A stretch of 64,000 nt of DNA from an uncultured delta proteobacterium. GTDB lineage: Bacteria > Myxococcota > Myxococcia > Myxococcales > Myxococcaceae. Position 1 is the stretch's first letter. Each line of letters starts with the position of its first letter. This document shows positions 41,213 to 50,202 of the stretch, one piece after another. The translations under genes and the position numbers were made by a program. Where the stretch lies: the NCBI GenBank assembly GCA_963776345.1, contig CAVZMH010000013.1, positions 64,001-128,000 on the forward strand, written 5' to 3'. The notes below the pieces were generated by a model. The model was not told the origin of the DNA. It saw nothing but the letters and a program-made list of their open reading frames with translations, and searched no databases.

Positions 41213-42565
41213 TCAGCCCAGGTCGAGCACCGAGCGGCGCAGGTACCCACGGGGATGCCGCGCGGCCGACCACAGCTCCGCCGCGGCGTGCACCACGCCC
41301 GGGAGCCAGTCGTCGCCATCCACCGCCACGTCCACCAGCCGCTCGGGATCGGCGCGGTACCACCGCCACCAGCGGCGCGCCTCCTCGGCGCTGGTGGTCC
41401 CGGCGAGGCGCCGGAGCGAGAACCACAGCCCGTGCCCGAAGCGCGAGCCGTAACGGTACCCACGCGTGTCGTGCTCCCGCGCCGCCCTGGCCAGCGCGAG
41501 CAGCTCCTCGCGCCTCCCCTGCGCGGCCAGGTAGGCCATCACCGGCAGCGGCAGGTCCCGCGCACAGTCGAAGTGCATCTGGCCGTAGAAACGGGGGTTG
41601 AAGTCGATGAGGTGGGCCCGCCCGCCATGCACCAGGAACTCGGCCTCGAAGACCCCGAAGTAGCCCACCTGGCGGCAGAGCTCCGCCAGGCGCTCGGCCA
41701 GCAACGCGTCCACCGGCGCGTCCTCGAAGCAGATCCCGATCCCCACTCGCTGCGGCCGCTGCAGCACCTTCCGCGCCGCGCGCACCCCGAGCAACGCGCC
41801 GTCGCGATCCACGAACCCCGAGACCGAGTACACGCCCGCGCTGGTCGGGGCGAAGGCCTGCAGCATCGGTGCGGCGAGCGGCCCGAAGTCCTCCTCCACC
41901 CCGGGAAGGTAGCGATCGCGCTCCAGCCAGCTCCGGTACACCCTGGGGAGATCCTCGCCCGCCTCGACGGTCCGCCCGTGATTCTCGGAGGCCAGGAACA
42001 CCTGGGTCCGGGGCTTAATCAGGAGCGGACGGGGAAGCGTCGGCGCGAGCCGCTCCACGTCCTCCGGCGTGTCGGGGAACCAGGTGGGCAGCGTGGCGAG
42101 GCCCACCCGGGCGCAGGCGGCGTGCAGGCGCTTCTTGTCCAGCAAGGTCACCACGGTCTGCAGCGGCGGCTGGAAGAGCAGGAACGCGCGCCCCAGCTCC
42201 CGGGCGTGGCGGGCGAAGAGCCAGGCCAGGTCGTCCGAGGTGGCGTAGAGGAAATGCCCGGGCGACTCCCTGCCGAAGGCCAGGAGCCACTCCACGAACG
42301 CCTCGGGACGGCGCGGCGGTGGCGCCTTGATCCGGCGGTCCGTGCGGCGCGACCAGCGCGCCGGCGCGAGCCACTCCGAGCCGGCGACCACCACCGGCAC
42401 GCCGTGGGCGCCGAGCGCCCGCACCGCGGCGAGCGTTCCGCCGTAGGTGGGCATGGTGAGCAGCGCCGGTGGACGGCTCGCCCCGCACGGCACGACCGGC
42501 GCGCAGGGGACGAGCTCGGAGACATCGGAAAGGGGGAGACAGGAGGTGGAGAGCACGCGGGACAA
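41213..42565 (-). CDS. ATP-grasp ligase (D-aspartate-ligase-like / carboxylate-amine ligase); start uncertain
   Basis: LYATSD, LLDKKRL, LLIKPR, MLQAF, GVFEAEF, LIDFNPRF. Confidence 0.8.
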   Translation of the reverse strand: MSRVLSTSCLPLSDVSELVPCAPVVPCGASRPPALLTMPTYGGTLAAVRALGAHGVPVVVAGSEWLAPARWSRRTDRRIKAPPPRRPEAFVEWLLAFGRESPGHFLYATSDDLAWLFARHARELGRAFLLFQPPLQTVVTLLDKKRLHAACARVGLATLPTWFPDTPEDVERLAPTLPRPLLIKPRTQVFLASENHGRTVEAGEDLPRVYRSWLERDRYLPGVEEDFGPLAAPMLQAFAPTSAGVYSVSGFVDRDGALLGVRAARKVLQRPQRVGIGICFEDAPVDALLAERLAELCRQVGYFGVFEAEFLVHGGRAHLIDFNPRFYGQMHFDCARDLPLPVMAYLAAQGRREELLALARAAREHDTRGYRYGSRFGHGLWFSLRRLAGTTSAEEARRWWRWYRADPERLVDVAVDGDDWLPGVVHAAAELWSAARHPRGYLRRSVLDLG

Positions 42566-42727
42566 GAATCCGAGCCGGAGACTGCATGCCCTCCGTCAGT
42601 CGGGCAATGACTTCTCGGGCCGGGTCGTACCGGACACGGTTCAACCTTGCGAACGCAACGGAATCGCCACCGCGATGCACCTCTCCACCCGCACCGCGGC
42701 CGACCCGGGTCTCGATCGCCCTGGTGT

Positions 42728-43795
42728 TCAGCTCTTCCGGGCGTCGAGCCAGGCGCGGAGCTCGGGAGGGACCCCGCTCTCGGCCCGGACGCCGGGCTCG
42801 ATGGAGAGCGGCACCGCCACGAAGCCGCGATGCCCGAGGGCGGCGAGGAGCGCGCGGCGGGCGTCCTCGTCCGGGGAGAAGAGGACGCATCCGTCCCCGC
42901 CGCCCGCGCCGCTCACCTTCCCGGTGCTGCCCGCCGCCCGGGCGAGCGCGAGGATGCGCGCCGTGTCCGGCGTCCCGACGCCGGGGAGCGACTCCAGGAC
43001 TTCCTCCAGCCCCTGACAGGCCTCGTCCACCTGCGCGTAGCGTGAGGCACGGAGCCCCTCCTCGAGCTCGCGGCCGAGCCCGTCGCTCGACTCGACGAAG
43101 CGCTGGCGTGCCGGCCCCGCGACGAGGGACTCGACCTTCTGGATCATCCCCCTGGTCGAGGCGCTCCGCCCGCTGAAGGCGTAGCTCGCCGGAAGTCCTG
43201 TCGTTCCGAGCCGCACCACGTCCGGCGCGCCGGCGGCGGCGAGCCCGAGCCCGAGTGACGGCGCCTCGAGCACTCGCTCGCGCGGCCAGCGACGGTACCG
43301 GAGGAGCCCTCCGACTGCGCACGCCGCCACGTCTCCACCGCTTCCCCCGCCCGTCGCCTCGGCGTGCGCGAGGAGCGCGAGCGCGAGCGGCGGCCGGACC
43401 GCGAGGAGCCGGGCCGCGCTCTCCACCGCCAGGACCGCGGCCCGCGCGGAGCTGCCGAGGCCGAGCTTCTGTCCGCCGGGCCCGGGCAAGGTGGGCGAGA
43501 GCGCGAGCTCGAGCCCGAGGGACTCGCGTGCCCGTGCCCGCACCACGACGTCCAGCGCCCTGGCCGCGACGGCAAAGGCGGCCGTCGGCTCGGTGGCCCA
43601 GCGGACGCCGAGCGGAGTCACCGTTCCCTGGAGCCGCCCCTCGGCCAATACCAGATCTACCTCCCGGTCCTCACGGGTCCGGGCCAGCGCGGTCGCCCGG
43701 GGTCCCACCCCGGCCAGGCGGGCGGTCCCGCCCCAGAGGATGGCGTACTCCCCGGAGAGGAAGAGCTTGCCCGGGGCGGAGAGGCAGATCTCCAC
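42728..43795 (-). CDS. Phosphomevalonate kinase (GHMP)
   Basis: SAPGKLFLSGEY, KLGLGSSA, GSGGDVAA, KVSGAGGGDG; last gene of the mevalonate operon. Confidence 0.85.
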   Translation of the reverse strand: MEICLSAPGKLFLSGEYAILWGGTARLAGVGPRATALARTREDREVDLVLAEGRLQGTVTPLGVRWATEPTAAFAVAARALDVVVRARARESLGLELALSPTLPGPGGQKLGLGSSARAAVLAVESAARLLAVRPPLALALLAHAEATGGGSGGDVAACAVGGLLRYRRWPRERVLEAPSLGLGLAAAGAPDVVRLGTTGLPASYAFSGRSASTRGMIQKVESLVAGPARQRFVESSDGLGRELEEGLRASRYAQVDEACQGLEEVLESLPGVGTPDTARILALARAAGSTGKVSGAGGGDGCVLFSPDEDARRALLAALGHRGFVAVPLSIEPGVRAESGVPPELRAWLDARKS

Positions 43796-43808
43796 GGCGG
43801 CCGGTGCC

Positions 43809-44795
43809 TCAGGGCTCCACGAGCCGGGCGTCGCCGCCGGGACGGCAGCGCACCACCTCGACCGCACCCGCGTCGCGGGCGAGCCGCTCGACCTCGGCCT
43901 CGTGCGAGGCGAGGGTGAGGAGCACCGGGTTGGGCCCTGCGTCGAGGGTGAACCACACCGGCACCCCGCGGCGACGCGCCGCCGGCAGCGCGAGGATGAG
44001 CCCGAGTGTCCCGGGCAGGAGGTAGCAGAGCGGCGGCTCCGCGGCGAGCGCGGTGGCGTGCATCCGCCAGGCGTTGCGCTCGGACAGCGCGCCCAGCGCC
44101 TCGAGGTCCCGAGCGGCGATGGCGGCGGTGGCCCGGGGAATCTCGGCCTCGGCGTCGCGGACCCACGCCGGGTAGTACGGGGAGGTCTCCACCGTCTGGG
44201 CCATGCCGTCGCGGCTGCCGACCTCCTTCTCCGCGCGGCTGAGCACCGCCACCAAGAGACGCAGCTCCGGCCAGTGCCCCTCGGGGAAGGCCTGGGTGGC
44301 GACGCTGTCCTCGCCGTCGTCGCGCGCCCCGCGGTGCCAGATGCACACCCCGCCCTGGATGCTCCGGCACGCCGAGCCGCTCCCCTCGCGGGCCAGACGG
44401 GACACCGCGGCGGCGTCGGTGGAGAGCCCCGCAGCGGCCCGGCCGGCCAGGGCCAGCGCGGCGAACCCGGCCGCGCTCGAGGCCAGCCCGGCGGCCATGG
44501 GGAAGTTGCCCCGCGACTCCACCCGCACCGGCCCGAGCGTCCGGGCGGACGCGGCGCGCACCCGCTCCAGCAGGGTGAGCACCCGGTGCCGTTCCTTCCC
44601 CCGCGCCTCGGCGCCGTGGAGGGTGACCGCATCGGCCGGCGCGCCGAACTCCACGGTGGTCACCACCTCGAGCGGGGCGAGGGTCACCGAGAGGCTCGAC
44701 TGGTGCGGGAGGATGCGCACCGGGTCACGCTTCCCCCAGTACTTCACCAGCGCGATGTTGGGGTGCGCGCGCGCGGTCGCTGGCGAGGGGCTCAT
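43809..44795 (-). CDS. mvaD: Diphosphomevalonate decarboxylase
   Basis: HPNIALVKYWGK, GLASSAAG, GSGSACRS, TLDAGPN. Confidence 0.95.
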   Translation of the reverse strand: MSPSPATARAHPNIALVKYWGKRDPVRILPHQSSLSVTLAPLEVVTTVEFGAPADAVTLHGAEARGKERHRVLTLLERVRAASARTLGPVRVESRGNFPMAAGLASSAAGFAALALAGRAAAGLSTDAAAVSRLAREGSGSACRSIQGGVCIWHRGARDDGEDSVATQAFPEGHWPELRLLVAVLSRAEKEVGSRDGMAQTVETSPYYPAWVRDAEAEIPRATAAIAARDLEALGALSERNAWRMHATALAAEPPLCYLLPGTLGLILALPAARRRGVPVWFTLDAGPNPVLLTLASHEAEVERLARDAGAVEVVRCRPGGDARLVEP

Positions 44796-45760
44796 GCCGT
44801 TGGCTCCAGCCCCGAGGTGAGCACGGTCAGGCCTGCCTGCTCCAGCGTCCTCGCTGGCGGGGCCCGCCGGAACAGCGCCACCACCGCCCCGCCGTCACCA
44901 CCCGCCCCGGTGAGCTTGGCCCCCAGCGCGCCGGCGCGGCGGAGCGCGTCCACCGCGGTGTCCAGCGCCGGCGAGCTGACGCCCGCGGCGGCGAGGAGGC
45001 CGTGGTTGACGTTCATCGCGTCGCCGAGCCCCTCGAGGTCACCGGCCTCGAGCGCTGCCGTGCCCTCCACCGCGAGCCGGCCCATCTCCCTGAAGAGGCG
45101 TCCGTAGCGCTCGGGCCACCGCGCGGCCCGCCGCCTGAGCGCGGCCACCGTCTCCTGGGTCCCCCGGCGCGGGCCGACCAGGGCCAGCACCAGGGTCGCG
45201 GGTGCGCCGATCCCGATCTTCCGGACGCGGCCCGGCCGGCCGGGCACGGGGCGTCGGTACAGGAGCGGGGCGCCGTGCGCGCTCACCGTGTGGTCCACGC
45301 CCGAGGGCGTGCCGTGGAAGGTCTCCTCCATCCTGAGCGCGAGCGCGAGCACCTGTGCCGGGCCGGGCCGGGCGCCGCTCGCCGCGAGCAGCAGGCGCGA
45401 CACCGCGACGGCGAGCGCCGCCGAGCTGCCGAGCCCCATCGAGACCGGAAGCGTGGAGGAGAGCGCGATGCGCAGGGGCGGACGTCCCGTGGCCTCGGCG
45501 ACGGCCTCGAACGCGGCGTCGAGCATCCGCCGCTGCGCGAGCGTGAGGTTCGGCAACCCCGTGAGGCCGCAGCGCTCGGCGGGCGTTCCGCGCGCGGTGA
45601 CGCCGAGGGTGAGCGGGACCGCGAGCGCCGGGTGTCCGTACACCACCGCGTGCTCGCCGAGGAGGATGACCTTCCCCGGGCCGAACGCCTCGGGGGCGGG
45701 GCTCCGGTGCGGCGCGCGCGCCGGGGCGGCACGCTGCGCGGCGCTCGACCTCCGGCTCAC
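44792..45760 (-). CDS. mvk: Mevalonate kinase
   Basis: PGKVILLGEHAVVYG, GLGSSAA, HGTPSGVD, KLTGAGGDG; GTGA overlap with the reductase stop. Confidence 0.93.
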   Translation of the reverse strand: MSRRSSAAQRAAPARAPHRSPAPEAFGPGKVILLGEHAVVYGHPALAVPLTLGVTARGTPAERCGLTGLPNLTLAQRRMLDAAFEAVAEATGRPPLRIALSSTLPVSMGLGSSAALAVAVSRLLLAASGARPGPAQVLALALRMEETFHGTPSGVDHTVSAHGAPLLYRRPVPGRPGRVRKIGIGAPATLVLALVGPRRGTQETVAALRRRAARWPERYGRLFREMGRLAVEGTAALEAGDLEGLGDAMNVNHGLLAAAGVSSPALDTAVDALRRAGALGAKLTGAGGDGGAVVALFRRAPPARTLEQAGLTVLTSGLEPTA

Positions 45761-47127
45761 GACCGATCGGTCGGTCCGTGCGCGTCGGCGGGCCCGAGCG
45801 ACGCCAGGATCTCCCGCGCCTTGTCCACCTTGACCATGCCGCTCTTCACCAGGAGGTGGGCCACCTTCTCCACGTGGTCTCCACGGGCGCCGGCGGTCAC
45901 CGCCACGCAGCGGGCGTGGAGCGCCATGTGGCCCTTCTGGATGCCCACCGAGCCGAGCGCCCGGAGCGCGGCGAAGTTCTGGGCGAGCCCCACCGCCGCG
46001 AACACCATGCTCATCTCGCGGGCGCCGTGGGTGCCCATCAGCTTCAGCGCCAGCTGCACGCCGGGGTGGATCTTGATCGGCCCACCCACGGTGCCGAGCG
46101 AGAGCGGCAGCTCGATGCGGCCGACCAGGTGCCCCTCCTCCACGTACCACTGGGAGAGCGGCCGGTACTGCCCATCGCGGCAGGCGAAGGCGTGCGCCCC
46201 GGCCTCGATCGCCCGCCAGTCCTGCCCGGTGGCGATGGCCACGGCGTCGATGCCGTTCATGATGCCCTTGTTGTGCGTGGCGGCGCGGTACGGGTCGGCC
46301 CGGGCGAACCGGCTGGCCTGGCTGATTCCCTCGGCGATCTCCGGACCGGGCATGTCGAAGTCCGCCAGCGCCTCGAGCGGGATCTGGCAGCTGGCCCGCG
46401 CCAGGCGCCGGTCGGCGAGGTTGCTGAGGATGCGCAGGTAGACGTGCCCGCCGGTGATCTGCTCGATGAGCGGCGCCACGCCCTCGGCCATGGTGTTGAT
46501 GAGGTTGGCCCCCATCGCCTCCTGGGTGTCGATGATCAGGTGGACGACCAGGAGCGGCTCGCCGCGCGAGCCCTCGGGCGCCGGCAGCAGCCGCACCTCG
46601 ACGTCGCGCGCCCCGCCGCCCCGACGCTGCATCGAGGGGTGGAAGCTGTTGGCCAGCGCGAGGATCTGCTCCTTGTGGGCACGGATCTTCTCGGCGGCGA
46701 TGGTGGGGTCGCCGTAGCGAGTGACCTGTACCTGACCGATCATCAGGGGCTCGTCGGCGTCGGAGGTGAAGCCGCCGGCCTCGCGGACGATCTTCGCCGC
46801 GAACGAGACCGCGGCCACCACCGACGGTTCCTCCACCGCCATCGGGACCACATAGTCGCGACCGTTGACCTGGAGGTTCAGCCCCAGGCCGAGCGGGAGG
46901 GAGAAGGTCCCCACCGCGTTCTCGATCATCGTGTTCGCCGTGCCGAGCGGCAGCGTCTCGGCGCTCCGCAACAGCTCCAGGTCCTCCTTCGACAGGCCGA
47001 AGCGTCGCTCCAGCTCGGCCAGGCGCTGCTCGAGCGTCAGCTTGTGGAACCCCGGGAAGCGCGAGGAGGGCGTCTGCTCCCCGGGCCCCTCGTCCACTCG
47101 CAGCACTGCCCCCGTTCCCTGTTTCAC
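45757..47127 (-). CDS. mvaA: Class II HMG-CoA reductase
   Basis: MIENAVG, EEPSVVAA, EAMGANL, ILSNL, THNKG, GIQKGHMALH. Confidence 0.95.
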   Translation of the reverse strand: MKQGTGAVLRVDEGPGEQTPSSRFPGFHKLTLEQRLAELERRFGLSKEDLELLRSAETLPLGTANTMIENAVGTFSLPLGLGLNLQVNGRDYVVPMAVEEPSVVAAVSFAAKIVREAGGFTSDADEPLMIGQVQVTRYGDPTIAAEKIRAHKEQILALANSFHPSMQRRGGGARDVEVRLLPAPEGSRGEPLLVVHLIIDTQEAMGANLINTMAEGVAPLIEQITGGHVYLRILSNLADRRLARASCQIPLEALADFDMPGPEIAEGISQASRFARADPYRAATHNKGIMNGIDAVAIATGQDWRAIEAGAHAFACRDGQYRPLSQWYVEEGHLVGRIELPLSLGTVGGPIKIHPGVQLALKLMGTHGAREMSMVFAAVGLAQNFAALRALGSVGIQKGHMALHARCVAVTAGARGDHVEKVAHLLVKSGMVKVDKAREILASLGPADAHGPTDRS

Positions 47128-48182
47128 AGCGACTCCATCCAGTCCTTCAACGGAGCCGTCACCACCCGCGGGTTACGCCGCAGGTCGGCCACGGTCCGGC
47201 TCGAGGTCAACAGCAGTGCCTGCCGCAGTCCTGCGACCACGGTGCGCACTGCCGCGTCGGCGCCGGCCACGCCGCCCGCTTGCTGGGCACGGAAGAGCGG
47301 CAGGGCCATGCCCGCCAGGTCCGCGCCGATCGCCAGGGCCTTCGCAACATCGAGGCCATGACGAATGCCACCCGAGGCGATGAGCTTCACCGACGGGCCC
47401 ACCGCCCGCCGCACGCTCGCCACCGCGGCCGCCGTGGGGATGCCCCACGAGGAGAAGAGAGCGCCCAGGTCGGCCATCTGTCCCGAGGCCCGGAGCTGCT
47501 CCACCCGGACCCAGCTGGTTCCACCGAGCCCGCTGACGTCGATGGTGCGCACCCCGCAGTCGACCAGCCGCCGCGCCACCGCGGGCGCGATGCCGCAACC
47601 GGTCTCCTTCACCAGGAAGCGCTCGCCGAACGCCGACCCCAGCGCCTGCACCAGGCTGTAGCCGCCGCGAAAGTCACGGTCCCCCTCGGGCTGGCTCAGC
47701 TCCTGCGCGGCGTTGAGGTGCAGCGCGACGCCGTCCGCATCGATGCCGTCCACCAGGCGCCGGACACCGTCCACTCCAAGTGCGATGGCCTGCTTCAGCC
47801 CGATGTTCCCGACGAGGAGCACGTGCGGCGCGACGTCGCGGACCTGGAACGTGCGGGCCAGCTCCGGGTGCTCCGCCATCGCGCGCTGGCTCCCGACCCC
47901 GAACATCAGCCCATGCCGCTCCGCCACCTGGGCGAGGTCGCGATTGACCTCGCGGGCCCGGTCGGTGCCGCCGGTCATCCCCGTCACCAAGATGGGGGCG
48001 CGAAGGACCTTCCCCCAGAGGGTGAGGGTCAGCTCCACCTCGTCCAGGGCCAGCTCGGGGAGCGCGCTGTGCACCAGGTGCACGCACTCGAGCAGGGTGG
48101 AATTTCCGTCCGGTTCCACGTCCCCTTGCGCGCACAAATCGAGGTGGGCGTCCTTGCGCCGCGCTGTCTGGGCCTCTGGCAT
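47124..48182 (-). CDS. fni: Type 2 isopentenyl-diphosphate isomerase
   Basis: RKDAHL, GMTGG, GSQR, HLNAAQE, VKETGCG, GGTSW, WGIPT, ASGGIR. The start could alternatively be 48224. Confidence 0.93.
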   Translation of the reverse strand: MPEAQTARRKDAHLDLCAQGDVEPDGNSTLLECVHLVHSALPELALDEVELTLTLWGKVLRAPILVTGMTGGTDRAREVNRDLAQVAERHGLMFGVGSQRAMAEHPELARTFQVRDVAPHVLLVGNIGLKQAIALGVDGVRRLVDGIDADGVALHLNAAQELSQPEGDRDFRGGYSLVQALGSAFGERFLVKETGCGIAPAVARRLVDCGVRTIDVSGLGGTSWVRVEQLRASGQMADLGALFSSWGIPTAAAVASVRRAVGPSVKLIASGGIRHGLDVAKALAIGADLAGMALPLFRAQQAGGVAGADAAVRTVVAGLRQALLLTSSRTVADLRRNPRVVTAPLKDWMESL

Positions 48183-48249
48183 CCGGGGTTTGGGGGGAGT
48201 ACCAGCCAGGTCTTTGATGCGCAACCCGATCCGGGGTATCTGCCCCCGT

Positions 48250-48663
48250 GTGTCGGCGAGCCCAGGAACCGCTACCCTCGCGATTTTCCTACACAGTGGC
48301 GCGTATGACAGGGTGCATCAAGGCCTGTCCATCGCCGCCTCCGGGGCTGCCCTCGGCCGCCACGTGGACATCTATTTCTTCTGGTGGGCACTGGAGCGTC
48401 TACTGACCGACCGGTTGGACGAACCCGATTTCCCCGACCGGGAGGACGTGGCCTCGGGGTTCGAGGCGCGGGGGCTGCCCACGCTCCGGACGCTCCTCGC
48501 CCACCTGCGGGCCTCGGGGCAGGTGACGCTCGTCGCCTGCACCGGGAGTCTGGCCGCGCTGGGACTCACCGCCGCCCACGCCGAGGGCCGCGTGGACACC
48601 CTGCTCGGCTGGACCGCCATCCTCGGCCGCACCGCGGGGCTCACCGACCGCTTCTACCTCTAG
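48250..48663 (+). CDS. DsrE/DsrF-like (peroxiredoxin-associated) small protein
   Basis: IFLHSGAYDR, AASGAALG..VDIYFFWWAL, LVACTGS pattern. Confidence 0.6.
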   Translation: MSASPGTATLAIFLHSGAYDRVHQGLSIAASGAALGRHVDIYFFWWALERLLTDRLDEPDFPDREDVASGFEARGLPTLRTLLAHLRASGQVTLVACTGSLAALGLTAAHAEGRVDTLLGWTAILGRTAGLTDRFYL

Positions 48664-49114
48664 ATGTCGACGGCGCCTTGCCCGGCCGCAGCGCCACCAG
48701 CGCGACGGCGAGCACCGCCTGGAGTCCGAAGAGCACCGTGGAGACGCCGTGGAGCATCCCGAACCGGCGGCGCGTGGGGTCGCCGGGCGGCAAGTGCGAC
48801 AGCGCCTCACCGGTCGCGCGCCGGATGCCGGCGATCTCCGGCGTGACGAGGAACAGGCTGGCGGCGGCGAGCGCGGCGAGCACCAGCCCGAGCACCACCG
48901 CCGCGCGCCCCGAGCGGCCCGTCGCCCCGAGCGCCACGGCGGCGAGGCCGAGGGCGAGGCCCACGCCGTCGAGCACCGGAAGCACCCGGCCGACCACCCG
49001 CGCGGCGATCGACGGAGGCACCGTGGCGAACAGCGCTGGCGTCACGGTGGTGGCGAAGATCGCGAGGGCGCCGAGGAAGGCGACGAGCAGCAGCCGGTGG
49101 GTGGAGTGGAGCAT
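48641..49114 (-). CDS. Four-TM membrane protein (DUF4149-like)
   Basis: VTPALF, FLVTPEI, RRFGMLHGVST. Confidence 0.7.
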   Translation of the reverse strand: MLHSTHRLLLVAFLGALAIFATTVTPALFATVPPSIAARVVGRVLPVLDGVGLALGLAAVALGATGRSGRAAVVLGLVLAALAAASLFLVTPEIAGIRRATGEALSHLPPGDPTRRRFGMLHGVSTVLFGLQAVLAVALVALRPGKAPSTSRGRSGR

Positions 49115-49150
49115 GGCCCGAGCATGCTAAATGACGTCCGAAGGCACTCC

Positions 49151-50170
49151 ATGGTTCTCCTCCTCGTCCTGGTCAGCATCGGCTTCGTCGTCTGTCTCGG
49201 GCTCCTCGTCTTCGGGCGGAGCGCCCCCGCGACCCACGCCACGGCTCTCACCGCCGCGGCCGGCAGCGCGGCCGCCGCCCGCGGCGGACCGGACCCCGAG
49301 CTGGAGAAGAGGCGGCGGGAGGTCGAGGAGCTCCGGGCCACGGTGGCCGAGCTCCGGGGCGAGCTGAAGCAGACCCGGAAGAAGCTCCACGACCAGCGCG
49401 AGGCGGAGAAGGGCGGTACGGATCTGGTCAAGGCCCGCGTCGAGGTGGAGCGGAGCGCGTCCCAGCAGCTCGAGGTGGTGCGGGGCGAGCTGGCCTCCTC
49501 GCTGGCGGAGGTCAGCCGGCTGAAGAGCGAGGCAGAGGCGTTCCGGACCCGTCGACCGGCGCCCGCTCCACCACCCCCGACCCCCGGCCCCGCTCCGGCC
49601 GCGGCCCCCACCCCGGCGCCCGAGCCACGCCGCTTCCGCGAGCTGTCGGACACCGACCGCGAGAAGATGGACCGGCTCGAGCACCTGGCCAACCGCGAGC
49701 GCTCGCGCGCCCAGGAGCTGTCCGCCGAGGTGCGCCGGCTGAAGGGTCGGACCGAGACCCAGGCCCGGGTCTACACGGTCATCAGGGGCGAGCTGGATCT
49801 CCTGAAGGACAAGTTCAAGGCGCTGGAGAAGCGGCTCAACCGCACGCTGCTCGAGCGCGACCTCCTCCGGCGGGCCATCCGGGATCTCGAGAAGAAGAGC
49901 GGCCTCGCCGCCGACCGCACCGAGCTCACGGCGGACGAGGTGGCGGCCTCGGATCGCTCGGTGGAGGAGCGCGCCGCGGCCGAGGCGGCGGAGATCGCCC
50001 GGCGGACGAGGCCTCCCGAGCCCGGGGCCGGCGGTGCGCCGGACACCTCTGCCGAGCCCGCGGGCTCGAGCGCCACCTCTCTCGACGGGGCGCCCCCCGC
50101 GGACACCGAGGGCGCGCCATCGGCCCCGCTGCTCGCCGGGCCCGGGCAGCACGTGGAGAAGGCCGGCTGA
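49151..50170 (+). CDS. Membrane-anchored coiled-coil protein
   Basis: N-terminal TM; two heptad-rich E/K/R/L segments separated by a Pro-rich linker. Confidence 0.7.
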   Translation: MVLLLVLVSIGFVVCLGLLVFGRSAPATHATALTAAAGSAAAARGGPDPELEKRRREVEELRATVAELRGELKQTRKKLHDQREAEKGGTDLVKARVEVERSASQQLEVVRGELASSLAEVSRLKSEAEAFRTRRPAPAPPPPTPGPAPAAAPTPAPEPRRFRELSDTDREKMDRLEHLANRERSRAQELSAEVRRLKGRTETQARVYTVIRGELDLLKDKFKALEKRLNRTLLERDLLRRAIRDLEKKSGLAADRTELTADEVAASDRSVEERAAAEAAEIARRTRPPEPGAGGAPDTSAEPAGSSATSLDGAPPADTEGAPSAPLLAGPGQHVEKAG

Positions 50171-50202
50171 CCCCGACCTCCACTCCGGGCCGGCCGCCCA
50201 GG

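Noticed and set aside
42148..42525. A seventh frameshift at the ATP-grasp 5' end (out-of-frame ATG at 42525)
   Set aside because: In-frame TTG/GTG starts exist, so this cannot be decided without homologue alignment.
4942..42727. Integrative element at tRNA-Leu with att sites
   Set aside because: No integrase or transposase, and I found no copy of the tRNA 3' end near 42566-42727; mobility is unsupported.
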